DNA from: an uncultured Acidobacteriota bacterium
GTDB taxonomy: Bacteria > Acidobacteriota > Terriglobia > UBA7540
DNA length: 64,000 nt
Direction: 5' to 3'
Assembly (NCBI GenBank): GCA_963804995.1
Contig: CAWDSK010000006.1
Span: 1,632,001 to 1,696,000, forward strand
Positions 1 through 11,193 of this stretch are shown here, one piece after another. The stretch's first letter is position 1; every line of letters begins with the position of its first letter. A program made the translations under genes and the position numbers. The notes below the pieces were generated by a model. It had not been told where the DNA came from. It made no database searches and worked only from the letters and a program-made list of their open reading frames with translations.

Positions 1-826
1 CCGCACGGCTGGGATGATTGATGCGATGCTGGAGGGAATTGACCAGGCGACGCCCACCGCACCGAAGCAGATCATGGAGGTTTTGCAGGAATACGCGGTG
101 GAATGCTCGATCTTGAAAGTCCTGGGCACCGAAACCCTGCACTTTGTTGCTGACGAGGCGGTGCAAATATTCGGGGGCTACGGATTCTCCAGCGACTATG
201 AAGTTGAGCGCGGCTATCGTGACCAACGCGTGAATCGAATTTTTGAGGGCACGAACGAGATTAATCGTCTGCTGATTACCGACATGCTGATGAAGCGTTC
301 CATGAAGGGGCAACTGGCTTTGATCCCTGCCGCGCAAAAACTTACAGACGAAGTCCTGGGGATGGCGCCAGCCGAGGAGGCACTTGACGACCACCCGCTG
401 GCCGAAGAGGCGCGGCTGGTGGAGGGAGCGAAGAAGGTAGTGTTGTTGGTAGCAGGAAGCGCCGTGCAGCGATTTATGCTGGCGCTGGAGCAGGAGCAGG
501 AGGTGATCGGCGTGATCAGTAACCTCGTCATGGCGGTCTATGCCATGGAAAGCGTCCTGCTCCGCACCAGGAAAAAGTTGGAGCGACTATCGCCTGAAAA
601 CTGCGAATCGGAAATCGCAGTGACGCGCGCCTACCTGCATGAAGCTGCTGATGAGGCTGAAATTCAAGCGCGGAGGGCTCTCACCCGCATTGCAGAAGGC
701 GACACTCTGCGCGCACAGTTGTCACTTCTGCGTCGCTTCCTGAAACGGACTCCGCCGGATACGATTGGCTTGAAACGCAAGCTAGCAGACCGCGCGCTGG
801 AATTGACCCGCTATCCTTTCTCTTAA
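1..826 (+). CDS. Acyl-CoA dehydrogenase, C-terminal part (5' truncated by window edge)
   Basis: Motifs DEAVQIFGGYGF and YRDQRVNRIFEGTNEINRL, plus a VLCAD-like C-terminal extension. Confidence 0.9.
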   Translation, partial: RTAGMIDAMLEGIDQATPTAPKQIMEVLQEYAVECSILKVLGTETLHFVADEAVQIFGGYGFSSDYEVERGYRDQRVNRIFEGTNEINRLLITDMLMKRSMKGQLALIPAAQKLTDEVLGMAPAEEALDDHPLAEEARLVEGAKKVVLLVAGSAVQRFMLALEQEQEVIGVISNLVMAVYAMESVLLRTRKKLERLSPENCESEIAVTRAYLHEAADEAEIQARRALTRIAEGDTLRAQLSLLRRFLKRTPPDTIGLKRKLADRALELTRYPFS

Positions 827-875
827 CGCACGAGCAGAGGCGGACTTTCCCCGATAGCTATAGCCATGGTCCGCA

Positions 876-1271
876 TTAAAGGCCGCGTAGCGCCTTGGCA
901 GCTCCGGCCAAATCCGAAACCGACAACACAAGGTCTGCTTTCTTGCCCCCTGTCGCGACACTGGCGTAAGCGTACTCGATGTTGATATTCGCAGCCCCCA
1001 GACGAGCCCCCACCGTGCCCAGCACTCCAGGCTTGTCAGGCAGGGTGACGCGCAGGACTTCTTCCTCCGTAACTCGCACTCCGAGGTCCTGAAGGACCTT
1101 CTTCGCTTTGGCGGGACTGCTGACCTGAAAACGCAGAGGGCTCTCGCCGCCGGTGTCCCAGCAGGTAAAAGCCGAAATATTAATTTTCGCTTTGCCCAGA
1201 CCCTCGGCAATTCGTCCAAGGTCGCTGGGTTTGTTTTCAACCCAGGCTGTGATCTGTTTTACTTTAGCCAT
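876..1271 (-). CDS. ACT domain protein (tandem ACT)
   Basis: VENKPSDLGRIAEGLGKAKINI and LPDKPGVLGTVGARLGAANINIEYAY repeats; GGAGGA SD before ATG 1271. Confidence 0.85.
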   Translation of the reverse strand: MAKVKQITAWVENKPSDLGRIAEGLGKAKINISAFTCWDTGGESPLRFQVSSPAKAKKVLQDLGVRVTEEEVLRVTLPDKPGVLGTVGARLGAANINIEYAYASVATGGKKADLVLSVSDLAGAAKALRGL

Positions 1272-1412
1272 GATTTGTTCCTCCCAGAAAATACCATATA
1301 CTTCCAGGAATTGTCCGACCATGAAAGGAATCGAGGGGGAAATAGTCTCCAGGGCTGCACAAGCGTGGTAAGGAAAATGCCTTCTCAGAGGATTGAGCCC
1401 GCCCCTGGGACG

Positions 1413-2871
1413 TTACTGGCGGGGCCGCAGGATGACATTGCCAAGCCAGCCTTGATTCTCGCCGTCGGCGTCACGCAAGCTCACGCTGACGCGGAAGGCA
1501 TTGGCGGGGGCGGGGATGGATTTCTCCAGTCTGACCACTTCGCGCGGGTCGACGGCTTGCAATGCTTCGTGGCCCAGTTCCTCACCCACTACTGTGTAGA
1601 AATCAGCCTGCAATGTCCCCGGAACAAAGACTCCGAAAGTACCCTTCAGAGTAACGCTCGCCCCTTGGAGTTTTCCCGTGAGCGGCTCACTGACGACCCC
1701 GGCCCAAAGAGCTTCTCGAATTGGATTAGTCACCCGCGTAGGGGACCAATAAATCGGGAAAGCGTACTCCTCACCGGGGTTGAGCGTCGCATATGGGCTC
1801 AGGACTTCGGATTCTAGGAAGTAAGGGGTTTTCGCCGGATCATTTTCGAGGGTCTGATCGAAGGGGCCGCGCGAGAAAGTTCCAGGCCCATCGTTCCAGG
1901 ATTCAACGGAGGCGCCATCAGGATAATCCTGCTCCGGAAAATACTTGAAATTCTCCACTAGTCCGGTGTTCTTTTGACCGTTCACGACGGCGTACCATCC
2001 CGCGTTAGAGTCTGCTGCGACCTTCCCCACGCGGTAGAGATAATGAATGCGCAGCATCTGCCCGCCCGGTAATACCTCGTAACTGGGGTGCCGTGCTTCA
2101 CCATAAGGGTTATAGTACCCGTCGGGGTACTTGCTGCGCGGATGGAGCGGGAGGTACATGTAGAGATCGGGATTGGGCTTGGAAGGATCGTGCGCGTCAG
2201 AGGCGTCATTCTGAATCAAGTGCCAAACGCCCCAGCGAATTTGTCGCCGGCTGATGTTTCGCATCACCTGGTCGACGCGGATGCGCGTGGTACCGGCGTA
2301 AACATGATAGGTTCGCACGAACTGGACGCCGCTGCGGGGATCCTCCGGGCTGGTCACACGGACCGCCACCTCCGCGGGGGTTTCGACAAGAACTTCTGCC
2401 TTGAAATGGCTACCGTCCAGGATGTAGTAGGGTATGCTGGGCCAATCTTTATCGCTCATCCACCCTTCCGGGCCCGGCCACACCTTGTCTCCACCATAGT
2501 TCGCCCAGCCCGCCTTCACGTTGTTCTCAGACTCAGGCAGCACTTTGCCCTCGAGAATTCTTGTTCACGAAAAAGTAGTCGTGGCCCGCAAGCTGGAGCT
2601 GGATGGCGCGCCCGCCGATGTCCGGCGCAACAATTAATGTCGCCAAATCATTACTTAGTTTATAAACGTTCCATCCCTTGTATTGAGTTCGCTCGAGCTT
2701 CGCTGCATAGGTTGGATTTGGGGCTGCCATGGCTGACCTCAAGGAGAAGGGGGATATTAAGGATTCGAGAGCGCCGGCATTGGAAGAACTGCGCGGCGGT
2801 CGGTGTAAAGACAAACTCACAAGGAGGAGAATGAAGCTGAATACAGCGAACAAAGGCATCGGTTGTCTCAT
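1413..2871 (-). CDS. Secreted galactose-mutarotase-like (DUF4380-like) protein with a +1 frameshift near 2557
   Basis: ORFs 2533-2925 and 1413-2543 join (FFVNKN/LEGKVLPESENN) if one extra T is removed; VAPDIGGRAIQ and ANYGGDKVWP motifs. Confidence 0.6.
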
Positions 2872-2900
2872 AGCGTAGACCTCAACCGGTGGATCTTCAC

Positions 2901-3974
2901 TCAAAAACCCGTTGGAATAATCCAATAGGTCGCCTGAAATGTCTTGCCGGGATCGAGCAAAATCATACCCTTGAATTTACCTTCATGCTCCAGATTAAAA
3001 GCGTTGGGCGGCCCGGTTTGTGGCTCAATACAGATCACCGTCTCGTCTAGCGGCGCGTAAACGATGGCATAATCAAATTCTTTTCCGTACACAACTTCTA
3101 TCCTCTCCGTTTTCCCCTTCGTCCAGTTGTGACCCAGGCCTTGGGTGTCGCGGCGGAATTCGGAGAACACACTGTCAATGAACTGTTTACCGAGCGTGAG
3201 CGTCTTTGTTGCTCCAGGCAGGTAGTTATCCGTCGGTTCCGTATCTCCGGTGGGGATAAGCCTTTCATTTGTGGGCCAGTGCTTTTGGGCGCCAATTCCC
3301 AGCGTCCATTCTTCGCGAGGCCCATCCGGACGAAAGTAAGGGTGGTAACCGAAGTGTACGGGCATTACGGACTTGCCCACATTCGAAACCTTCGTGGTGC
3401 ACTCCAACTTTCCGTCCTTGAGCCGATAGGTCACTTCATAGACGTGCGCAAAGGGAAACTGCGCCATGAGGGCAGGATACCTATAGAACTCCAAACGACA
3501 GGTGATAAAGGCGCCTTCCACCTCACTGCCGCCGGTCTTCATCACCTCCCAATGGGGCTCAAAGACGAGCAACCCATGCAAAACAAAGTTGCCGTTAGGT
3601 GTTCGAAGTAGATTACCCAAGTCATCATTCAGAAGGTATTTCTTGCCTTGGAAATAATAATTATCGTGGTCAATGCGACTTGAGAAGGGAGCAAGAAACG
3701 GAATGCCCCACCCAAACCAGTGCTTGTCGACGTAAGCCTGCAGCGAATCCGGAGTAACCAGAACATCCTTGCCGTTCACTTTGAATTCGTAGGCGAAGTT
3801 GCCGATATCGGGAACAATCCCCAAATCCATTTTGCGATGTGTATCCAGCAGGTGGTAGGTTGTGTGACCCTCCACAACCTTTCGCGATACGGAGTAATTT
3901 TCAGTGGCCGCACCCCTGGCCGTGAGCAGCAGGAGCACGACGACCAGGCCACAAATGGATGTCAGGGTCCTCAT
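2901..3974 (-). CDS. Aldose 1-epimerase family protein with signal peptide
   Basis: LHGL, FGYHPYF and ICIEPQT motifs. Confidence 0.85.
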   Translation of the reverse strand: MRTLTSICGLVVVLLLLTARGAATENYSVSRKVVEGHTTYHLLDTHRKMDLGIVPDIGNFAYEFKVNGKDVLVTPDSLQAYVDKHWFGWGIPFLAPFSSRIDHDNYYFQGKKYLLNDDLGNLLRTPNGNFVLHGLLVFEPHWEVMKTGGSEVEGAFITCRLEFYRYPALMAQFPFAHVYEVTYRLKDGKLECTTKVSNVGKSVMPVHFGYHPYFRPDGPREEWTLGIGAQKHWPTNERLIPTGDTEPTDNYLPGATKTLTLGKQFIDSVFSEFRRDTQGLGHNWTKGKTERIEVVYGKEFDYAIVYAPLDETVICIEPQTGPPNAFNLEHEGKFKGMILLDPGKTFQATYWIIPTGF

Positions 3975-4033
3975 TCTGAATTCCTCCCCAGGTAAGAACG
4001 AAAAATCGGAGCAGGCTGGTTCCCTACCCCGCG

Positions 4034-5576
4034 TCAAGACTCGCCGCCTCCCAACCTTGCGAGCGTGTGGGAAAACTCTTTCACCGCGGGGTAGAGGTTC
4101 CGATAAACGTGATAGTAGCGCTCGTAAACTGCGGCACGACCCGGTTTCGGCGCCATCCGCTCCTTCACTTGGATGGCCTCCTCCGCGGATTCTTCGACGG
4201 AAGTGTAAATCCTGGCCCCGACCCCGGCCAGCAGGGCAGCACCCAGCGCCGACCCCTCAGAGGTGCGAAGCGTGACTAGTTCCTTGCCGTAGATGTCCGC
4301 CTGGATTTCCCGCCACAAGAAACTGCGCGAGCCGCCGCCCGAGGCGCGAATCTGCTCAACGGGAATGTCCAATTCTTTGAAGATCTCCAGGGAATCCCGC
4401 AGGCTGAAGGCCACGCCTTCCAGGATGGACCGGATCAGATGCGCGCGGGTGTGCGACGCCGTCAAGCCAAACCACAGGCCGCGCGCCTGAGGATCCAAGT
4501 GAGGAGTCCGCTCGCCCATGAGATAAGGCAGCCACAAAAGACCCTCACTGCCCGGAGGCGCCTTTTCCGCCTCACGAATGATCAACTCGTAGGGGTCCAC
4601 CTCAGTGTGCCGCGCATACCAGGACTCTGCCGCGCCGAATTGATCGCGAAACCAGCGCAGTGAAAGACCCGCGCCCTGGGTGACGCCCATGACGTGCCAC
4701 TTGCCTGGAACGGCGTGGCAGAACGTGTGGATGCGCCCTTGGGGGTTCGAGCTTCGGCACGGCCGTATAAGAAAAGATAACGCCTGAAGTGCCGAGCGTG
4801 GCGGAGGTGAGCCCCGGCAAAACGATACCATTGCCGACAGCGCTCGCCGCCTGGTCACCGCCACCGGCCACAACCGGCGTTCCGGCGCTGAGGCCCGTTA
4901 AGACCGCCGCTTCGCGTGTGATCTCGCCGGTAACCTGGGGCGATTCGTAGGCTTGGGGCAGAATGTGCGGATCGATCTCCAAGGCCTCGAGCATCTCTCG
5001 CGACCAGCGCCGATGGGCGACATCGAAGAGCAGAGTCCCGGAAGCGTCCGAAACATCGGTGGCAAACTCCCCTGTCAACCGGAAGCGCACGAAATCCTTG
5101 GGCAGCAGGAAGTGGGCCGCACGCTCATAAATGTTTGGCTCATTATCGCGAACCCACAGGATTTTGGGGGCACTGAAACCTGTCAGTGCGGGGTTGGAAA
5201 CATATTGGATAAGCCGCTCGGCCCCGACCTTGGACGTAATCCAATCGCATTGGGCCTGGCTGCGCTGGTCACACCAAATCAGAGAAGGTCGAAGGGTCGC
5301 GAAGGCCCGGTTGAGGAGAACAACCCCATGCATCTGCCCGGAGAAGCCCACGGCAGCAATGTCGGACCCTTTCAAGCTCGCCTGCTCAAGAGCCGCGCGG
5401 ATCGCCACCAAAGCCGCTTGCCACCAATCTTCGGGGTCCTGCTCCGCCCAGCCGGGCTTGGGCATCCGCATCGGTTGGTGGTCACCGGTTGCGGCGCCTG
5501 CCACATGGCCATCCGGGCGAACAATCACGGCTCGCGTGCCCGTGGTTCCAACATCGATTCCCATCATGTAAGGCAT
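4034..5576 (-). CDS. xylB: Xylulokinase (FGGY family) with a +1 frameshift near 4747
   Basis: GIDVGTTG, SGQMHG, GGGDQAA and YLMGERTPH; halves join as PKLDPQGRIH after removing one base. Confidence 0.9.
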
Positions 5577-5763
5577 GGAAAGATCCTGACCAGTTGATGA
5601 GAAGCTTGCACCCAGAGAAGCAGGGGCAGCCCTTTGTAGTTCCAAGGCCAGTCCGGTTGAGGCAGGCGCGGCAATCCCCTCACAGCAGGACCGCCGCACT
5701 TTGCTCAATACTCAACTTCGAGCGCCATCACGCTCGTGGAACCGTGCCCGGCCTGCGCGACTA

Positions 5764-6921
5764 CTAGTGGCCCGGCTTTTCCCAGCGGCCCGATTTGGCG
5801 GAGCGTTCGACCGCGTTGAGCACCGCTTGATTCCTGACGCCATGGCGGAAGTTCGGTTCCGGCAGGCGATCCTTTTCGATGCAGGTAAGGAAATCGTGGA
5901 TGGCATGAACGAAGGTGTGTTCGTAGCCAATGATGTGTCCGGGCGGCCACCAGGCCCCGGTATAGGGATGGTTGGCTTCCGTCACCAGGATGGTTTTGAA
6001 GGCCTGCAATTCATTGGGTTCGGTGCGATCAAAGAATTCCAGTTCGTTCATGCGCTCCTGGTTATAGGCGATGCTTCCCTTGCTGCCGTAAATCTGGAAG
6101 GTGTTAAAGTTCCGCCGGCCGCCGGCAAATCGGGAAGATTCGAAAACGCCTACGCTGCCATTCTTGAAGCGCGCCAGGAAATTGGCATCGTCATCCACCG
6201 TGACTTTACCTTTGCCCTTTTGACCCTTGGCTCCCCAGGCGCCTTCGCCTTCTGTGGCAAAGGGCCTCTCCTTGATGAAGGTGGTCAGATGTCCGGTCAA
6301 GGACTGAATCTCGCTGTTCAAATATTCCGCAAGGTCCGTGGCGTGCGCACCGATATCTCCCAGCGCACCACTGCCCGCGTATTTCTTTTCGAGACGCCAA
6401 ACGAGAGGAAATTCCGGGTCCATGATCCAGTCCTGCAAGTAAGCGCCGTGATAACGGTAGACGTCACCGATCCGCCCATCCTCAATCAATTTCTTCGCGT
6501 AGCTGACGGCCGGCACACGTCGATAGTTGAAATTGACCATGTGGATGACCCCGGCCTTCTCGACGGCCTTCAACATTTCCTTGGCCTCGGCCAGCGTGTT
6601 CGCCAGGGGTTTTTCGCAGAAGATATGTTTACCCGCCTGCGCCGCCGCGATAACCATGGGATGATGCAGATAACCAGGGGTCGAAACATCGATCACGTCG
6701 ATGTCCTTGCGTTCGACCACACGCTCCCATTCGCAATCGAATTCCTCCCACCCAAACTGGCGCGCGGTCGCATCCAACTCCTCGTTGCAAGCCTTGCCGC
6801 AGAGAACTTTCATCCTCGGCATCAATCCTCCCGGGAAAAAGCTCCGCACTTGGCGATAGGCATTCGAATGCGCTTTGCCCATGAAGCGGTGACCTATTAG
6901 TGCAACATTAATTTCTGGCAT
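5764..6921 (-). CDS. Gfo/Idh/MocA family oxidoreductase
   Basis: GKHIFCEKPLA and GSGALGDIGAH. Confidence 0.92.
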   Translation of the reverse strand: MPEINVALIGHRFMGKAHSNAYRQVRSFFPGGLMPRMKVLCGKACNEELDATARQFGWEEFDCEWERVVERKDIDVIDVSTPGYLHHPMVIAAAQAGKHIFCEKPLANTLAEAKEMLKAVEKAGVIHMVNFNYRRVPAVSYAKKLIEDGRIGDVYRYHGAYLQDWIMDPEFPLVWRLEKKYAGSGALGDIGAHATDLAEYLNSEIQSLTGHLTTFIKERPFATEGEGAWGAKGQKGKGKVTVDDDANFLARFKNGSVGVFESSRFAGGRRNFNTFQIYGSKGSIAYNQERMNELEFFDRTEPNELQAFKTILVTEANHPYTGAWWPPGHIIGYEHTFVHAIHDFLTCIEKDRLPEPNFRHGVRNQAVLNAVERSAKSGRWEKPGH

Positions 6922-6996
6922 TTATGAATCTCCTCCGGCTCGAAACGTTTGGAACAGACGGTAAACGGAATACAACGTCTACTGTCTACTTCCCCT

Positions 6997-7956
6997 TCAC
7001 GCCCACCACATTTCCTTGAGTCTTTCCTTGATCACGATTTGGTTGAGGAAGGCTGCAGCCTTGCTCAGACCCTCATCCACAGACATCAGGCTGTCCTCGT
7101 GCTCAATGGAGAGCACATCATCGTAACCCACCATTTGCAAGGTTGATACGAAATCGCACCAAAAATCCGCGTCATGCCCGTAACCAACGGTACGGAAAAT
7201 CCAGGCGCGGTTTTTCTCGTCGCTGTAAGGCTTGGTATCGAGGACGCCGTTGACCTTGATGTTCGCGTCATACAGGCGTGTGTCCTTGGCGTGGACGTGA
7301 AACACCGCTTCTCCCAATCTCCGCACCGCCAGGCAGGGATCGATCCCCTGCCAGAACATGTGGCTGGGGTCGAAGTTGCACCCGATGGCCGGCCCCGCCG
7401 CCTCGCGCAATCGCAACATGGTTTCAGGGTTGTAGACGACGAAGCCCGGGTGCATTTCGATAGCGACGCGCACGCCGTGGTCTTCCGCAAACTTGGCGCG
7501 CTTCGTCCAATAGGGGATGACCTTCTTCTCCCATTGCCATTTCAAGATCTCGAGGTAATCAGGAGGCCAGGGCGTGGGTGACCAGTTGGGAAAATGGGAA
7601 TCATCGGAATCTCCTGGACAGCCCGAGAAATCGATGACGCGAGTGACCCCCAACTTCTCCGCCAGCAGAATGGTCTTTCGACTGGTTTCCGCGAAGGATT
7701 CAGCAAGTTTCTGGTTGGGGTGCAGTGGGTTGCCATGGCAGCTCAAGGCGCTGATATTGATCCCCTGGTCCTCCAGTTTGCGCTTAAACTCCTTGATCTT
7801 CGAAGGCTGGGCCAGCAGGTCAAGCTTGATGTGCGGGTCGCCAGGATAATTCCCTGTCCCCAACTCCACGGTTCGGATGCCCAGAGGCTTTATCTTTTGG
7901 ATAACCTCATCCAGACTCAGCCTGGGCAATAGAGCTGTCAGTAGTCCCACTTTCAT
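6997..7956 (-). CDS. Sugar phosphate isomerase/epimerase (TIM barrel)
   Basis: AIEMHPG, NFDPSH, HVHAKD and SIEHED metal-ligand motifs. Confidence 0.9.
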   Translation of the reverse strand: MKVGLLTALLPRLSLDEVIQKIKPLGIRTVELGTGNYPGDPHIKLDLLAQPSKIKEFKRKLEDQGINISALSCHGNPLHPNQKLAESFAETSRKTILLAEKLGVTRVIDFSGCPGDSDDSHFPNWSPTPWPPDYLEILKWQWEKKVIPYWTKRAKFAEDHGVRVAIEMHPGFVVYNPETMLRLREAAGPAIGCNFDPSHMFWQGIDPCLAVRRLGEAVFHVHAKDTRLYDANIKVNGVLDTKPYSDEKNRAWIFRTVGYGHDADFWCDFVSTLQMVGYDDVLSIEHEDSLMSVDEGLSKAAAFLNQIVIKERLKEMWWA

Positions 7957-8158
7957 CGTCTCCCTCCCTCCCGGCGCCTGGGGCTACAGGGGTCGAATGC
8001 CTGCACCCACCCCAAGCCCGCTTGGCGGCCTTTCAATCATCGAGATCCACCTGGAAAAACGCTAAATCTATAGTCCGGCCGCGCCTGCGTCAACTGGAAA
8101 TTTAGCGGGTGGCCAATCCGCCCAGGCCGCGACTTCCGGCCTTCCCCCTGGATCAAAA

Positions 8159-10162
8159 CTACTTCAAATGCTGGTCATACCACTCCAGGGTGCGCCGCAT
8201 GATGTCACGGCGGTGGTCGGGATCTAGGATCGCGTGGCCCTCGTTGGGGTAGACCACGAAGCGGTTTTCGATGCCCAGTGTCTGGAGGGCGTGCCAAAAC
8301 TCGAATGATTGTGGGGTCGGGCATTCTCCGTCGCGGTCCCCCACCAGGATGAGCGTTGGCGTTTTCACGTTCTTGATGAAGTTAATGGGCGAACTCTTCC
8401 GATAAACCGCGGGGTCATCGTAGACGGACGCACCAAAGAATGGGATCAACCACAAGTCGATATCGTTCTCGCCGTAGTAGCTCTCCCAGTTCGCAATCCC
8501 CGCCCCAGCCACGGCGGCATGAAAGCGGTGCGTCTGGGTCACCGTCCACATGGTCATAAACCCGCCGTAACTCCAGCCGCCAATTCCAACCCGATCCTTA
8601 TCCACAGGGTAATTTTTGACGACAAAGTCCACACCCGCGAGGATATCGCGCAAATCCCCATGGCCGAAATCCCGCACGTTGGCGCGCGTGAAGGCCTCGC
8701 CCTGACCAAAGCTGCCACGAGGATTCGGGCGCAACACAAAATATCCCTCGGGGGAAAAAACCGTAAAGTCGAATAGTGTACCTGGCCAAGTGGGACGGGC
8801 CATGGAACCCGGCCCTCCGTGAACTTCCACAACCAAGGGATAGCGCCGCGTGGGATCGTAGTCGTGGGGATAAGTAAGCCAACCCTGGATGTTGAAGCCC
8901 TCGTTCGACCAGTGAACGCTCTCGACTTTCCCCCAGCTAGCGCGAGCGGCGCGGTTGGAATTTGTCACTTTCTGCCACGCCCCGATGGGTCCAGCCCAAA
9001 CCTCCGGGGGCGTCGCGAAAGACTCACGAACCATCGCGCTTATCTGGCCGTCACGCGCCAGGGAAAGGGCAGCATCATGCCAACCCAGGGAAAGCGTCTC
9101 CGGCCCGCTCCAAAGCGGGGTAGTCTGGCCATTCGCAACACGCAGCGTCGCGATTCCACTGGCGCCGTCCAAATCCTCCAGCAGCAGGATTTCATCACCT
9201 CCAGGCCGCCAAGCCAGCCAGTTTGCGGAAGCCTTGAGGCCTGGGGTGAGATTGCGTGCCTTGCCACCTGCGGCGGGAAGAAGAAAAACATCGCCACCGA
9301 TCGAGCCTTCGTCGCTCATCAACCCACCGATGAAGGCGATGCTGTTTCCGTCTGGAGACCAGCGCGGAACAGCAATCTGTTGCGGAGGCGTGTAGAGGGA
9401 TTCCGTCTCGCCGAAGGCAGCATCGATGGAATAGATTTCCGCGACGTACCAGTTGGCATCACCCGCCCCGTGCGCCGCTGTCGCCACGAACTTCCTTCCG
9501 TCGGGGGACCAATCGTATTCATAAACGTACAGGTCGGTGGGCGAGAGCTGGCGAACCCCTCCGGTGGACACTTCGACGGTGGTCAAGCGCTGTTCGTAGA
9601 TTTTCCCGCCGATGACACCGGCGGGAGGAGTCATGGGTTCGAGGGGGCCCGGCGCGCGCGGAGCGTTTTCTGTAAATAGCAGCGCCAGGGTCTTGCCGTC
9701 AGGTGACCAGCCCGGCATGTCCAGTGATCCCGTCAGGTTCGTGAGCTTTCGGGGCTTGCCGCCCGCGGGGTTCACAACGTACACCTGCAACTGGTCCGGG
9801 GTTTCCGCATTGGATAGAAAGGCGAGTGTGTGGCTATCCGGCGACCAGGCAATTTCGTGTTCCTCTAACGCTTCCCCGCTACTCCCGGCCGTAATTCTCC
9901 GAGGCGCGGCTCCCGGGGTTGACATTGTTGTGACATAGATGGCGGAGTTGATAGAGGGGGCGCCGTTGGCCTCGTGCAGAGCCTCGACCCATGCAACCCG
10001 TTGGCCGTCGGGGGAAATCGCGACTTGGCGGAAACTGTTTAAGGCGAAGAGAGAATCGAGGACTGCATCGAGCGAAGACTTTTCCGCAGCGGCGGGGCAG
10101 ACGAGAATCGAGGAGAGGATGACTCCTACTATTATGAGCATTCGTATTGCTCGCCTCACCAT
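8159..10162 (-). CDS. S9 family peptidase (dipeptidyl/acylaminoacyl peptidase), secreted
   Basis: WSPDG propeller repeats, HGGP, GWSYGG nucleophile, D..C and EGH. Confidence 0.93.
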   Translation of the reverse strand: MVRRAIRMLIIVGVILSSILVCPAAAEKSSLDAVLDSLFALNSFRQVAISPDGQRVAWVEALHEANGAPSINSAIYVTTMSTPGAAPRRITAGSSGEALEEHEIAWSPDSHTLAFLSNAETPDQLQVYVVNPAGGKPRKLTNLTGSLDMPGWSPDGKTLALLFTENAPRAPGPLEPMTPPAGVIGGKIYEQRLTTVEVSTGGVRQLSPTDLYVYEYDWSPDGRKFVATAAHGAGDANWYVAEIYSIDAAFGETESLYTPPQQIAVPRWSPDGNSIAFIGGLMSDEGSIGGDVFLLPAAGGKARNLTPGLKASANWLAWRPGGDEILLLEDLDGASGIATLRVANGQTTPLWSGPETLSLGWHDAALSLARDGQISAMVRESFATPPEVWAGPIGAWQKVTNSNRAARASWGKVESVHWSNEGFNIQGWLTYPHDYDPTRRYPLVVEVHGGPGSMARPTWPGTLFDFTVFSPEGYFVLRPNPRGSFGQGEAFTRANVRDFGHGDLRDILAGVDFVVKNYPVDKDRVGIGGWSYGGFMTMWTVTQTHRFHAAVAGAGIANWESYYGENDIDLWLIPFFGASVYDDPAVYRKSSPINFIKNVKTPTLILVGDRDGECPTPQSFEFWHALQTLGIENRFVVYPNEGHAILDPDHRRDIMRRTLEWYDQHLK

Positions 10163-10361
10163 AATGCAACTCCTGGCGGACAAGGACCGAGACGCGTGCT
10201 TCGGAACGTCGGCGGCCACAGCCCGGCAAATAAATCCAGAGGCGCCATCCTAACGGAACCGGCGACTAACAGCAAGGGAAGCGGCAGCGGTGACTAATTA
10301 CATGTCAGGGAATGCTAGCCCGTGGGCTCATAAATCTAGTAGACTACACTTCCTGAAACTT

Positions 10362-11159
10362 ATGTCTAAAAAACACAGAGAAGCCGTCCAGAAGCAATTC
10401 ACCAAGACCGCGGAAGCCTTTACGACATTTGCAATCCGGGATACGCCGGAGATCCTGGCAGAGAAAGTCGAGTTCGCGAAGGCCCAGGCCACCGACTTGG
10501 TGCTTGATGTGGCCTGCGGACCCGGCGCTTTTGCGCTGGCGCTTGCGCCGCGCGTAGGCTTTGTGCGAGGCGTAGACCTGACGCCCGAAATGCTGCGCAG
10601 GGCGCGCGCCCTCCAGGCCGAGAAGCAGATTTTGAATGCCGCCTTCGTGCGCGGAGACGCTGAGCAACTTCCCTTCCCCGACGGCGCGTTTGATCTGGTC
10701 TCATGCCAGTGCTCTTTCCACCACATGCCCAAACCCCAACTCGTGCTGCAGGAAATGGTCCGGGTGGCAAAGCTAGGCGGCCGTCTGTTGATCATCGACC
10801 CGCTGGCGCCCGAGAGCGACTCAAAATACGAGTTATACAATCGCATTGAACAAATTCGTGACCCTTCCCACGCGCTCAGCCTGCGGTTAACGACTTTCCT
10901 CAGTTTGTTCGACGAAGCAGGGCTGGAAGTGTTGCGGCAATCGCTCCGCCGCCGCCAACGCTCGTTCAATCAGTGGATGCTGCGGGCCGGCCAAAAGCCA
11001 GGAACCAAGCGTTATGAGGAAACCCGCAGGCTGCTGGAGGATTCCATAGCGGGCGACCGCGCCGGCTTCTCCGCCCAGCCCCAGGGAGATGACATTCAGA
11101 TTGTTCATAATGAGGGAAGCTTCTTGGTGAGGCGAAAGACGGTAGACGATATCGAGTAG
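10362..11159 (+). CDS. Class I SAM-dependent methyltransferase
   Basis: VLDVACGPG and GDAEQLPFPDGAFDLV. Confidence 0.9.
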   Translation: MSKKHREAVQKQFTKTAEAFTTFAIRDTPEILAEKVEFAKAQATDLVLDVACGPGAFALALAPRVGFVRGVDLTPEMLRRARALQAEKQILNAAFVRGDAEQLPFPDGAFDLVSCQCSFHHMPKPQLVLQEMVRVAKLGGRLLIIDPLAPESDSKYELYNRIEQIRDPSHALSLRLTTFLSLFDEAGLEVLRQSLRRRQRSFNQWMLRAGQKPGTKRYEETRRLLEDSIAGDRAGFSAQPQGDDIQIVHNEGSFLVRRKTVDDIE

Positions 11160-11193
11160 ACGGCGTCCTAACAACAGGTATGGCAATTTCTGT

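Noticed and set aside
4740..4755. Programmed ribosomal frameshifting in xylB and the other split genes
   Set aside because: No slippery heptamers; a shared TCGAG context explains them better
5701..6900. Long antisense ORFs (also 15874-17241, 20267-21163, 25741-26898, 36670-37605, 54983-56080)
   Set aside because: They shadow well-supported genes on the opposite strand, as expected from high-GC codon bias
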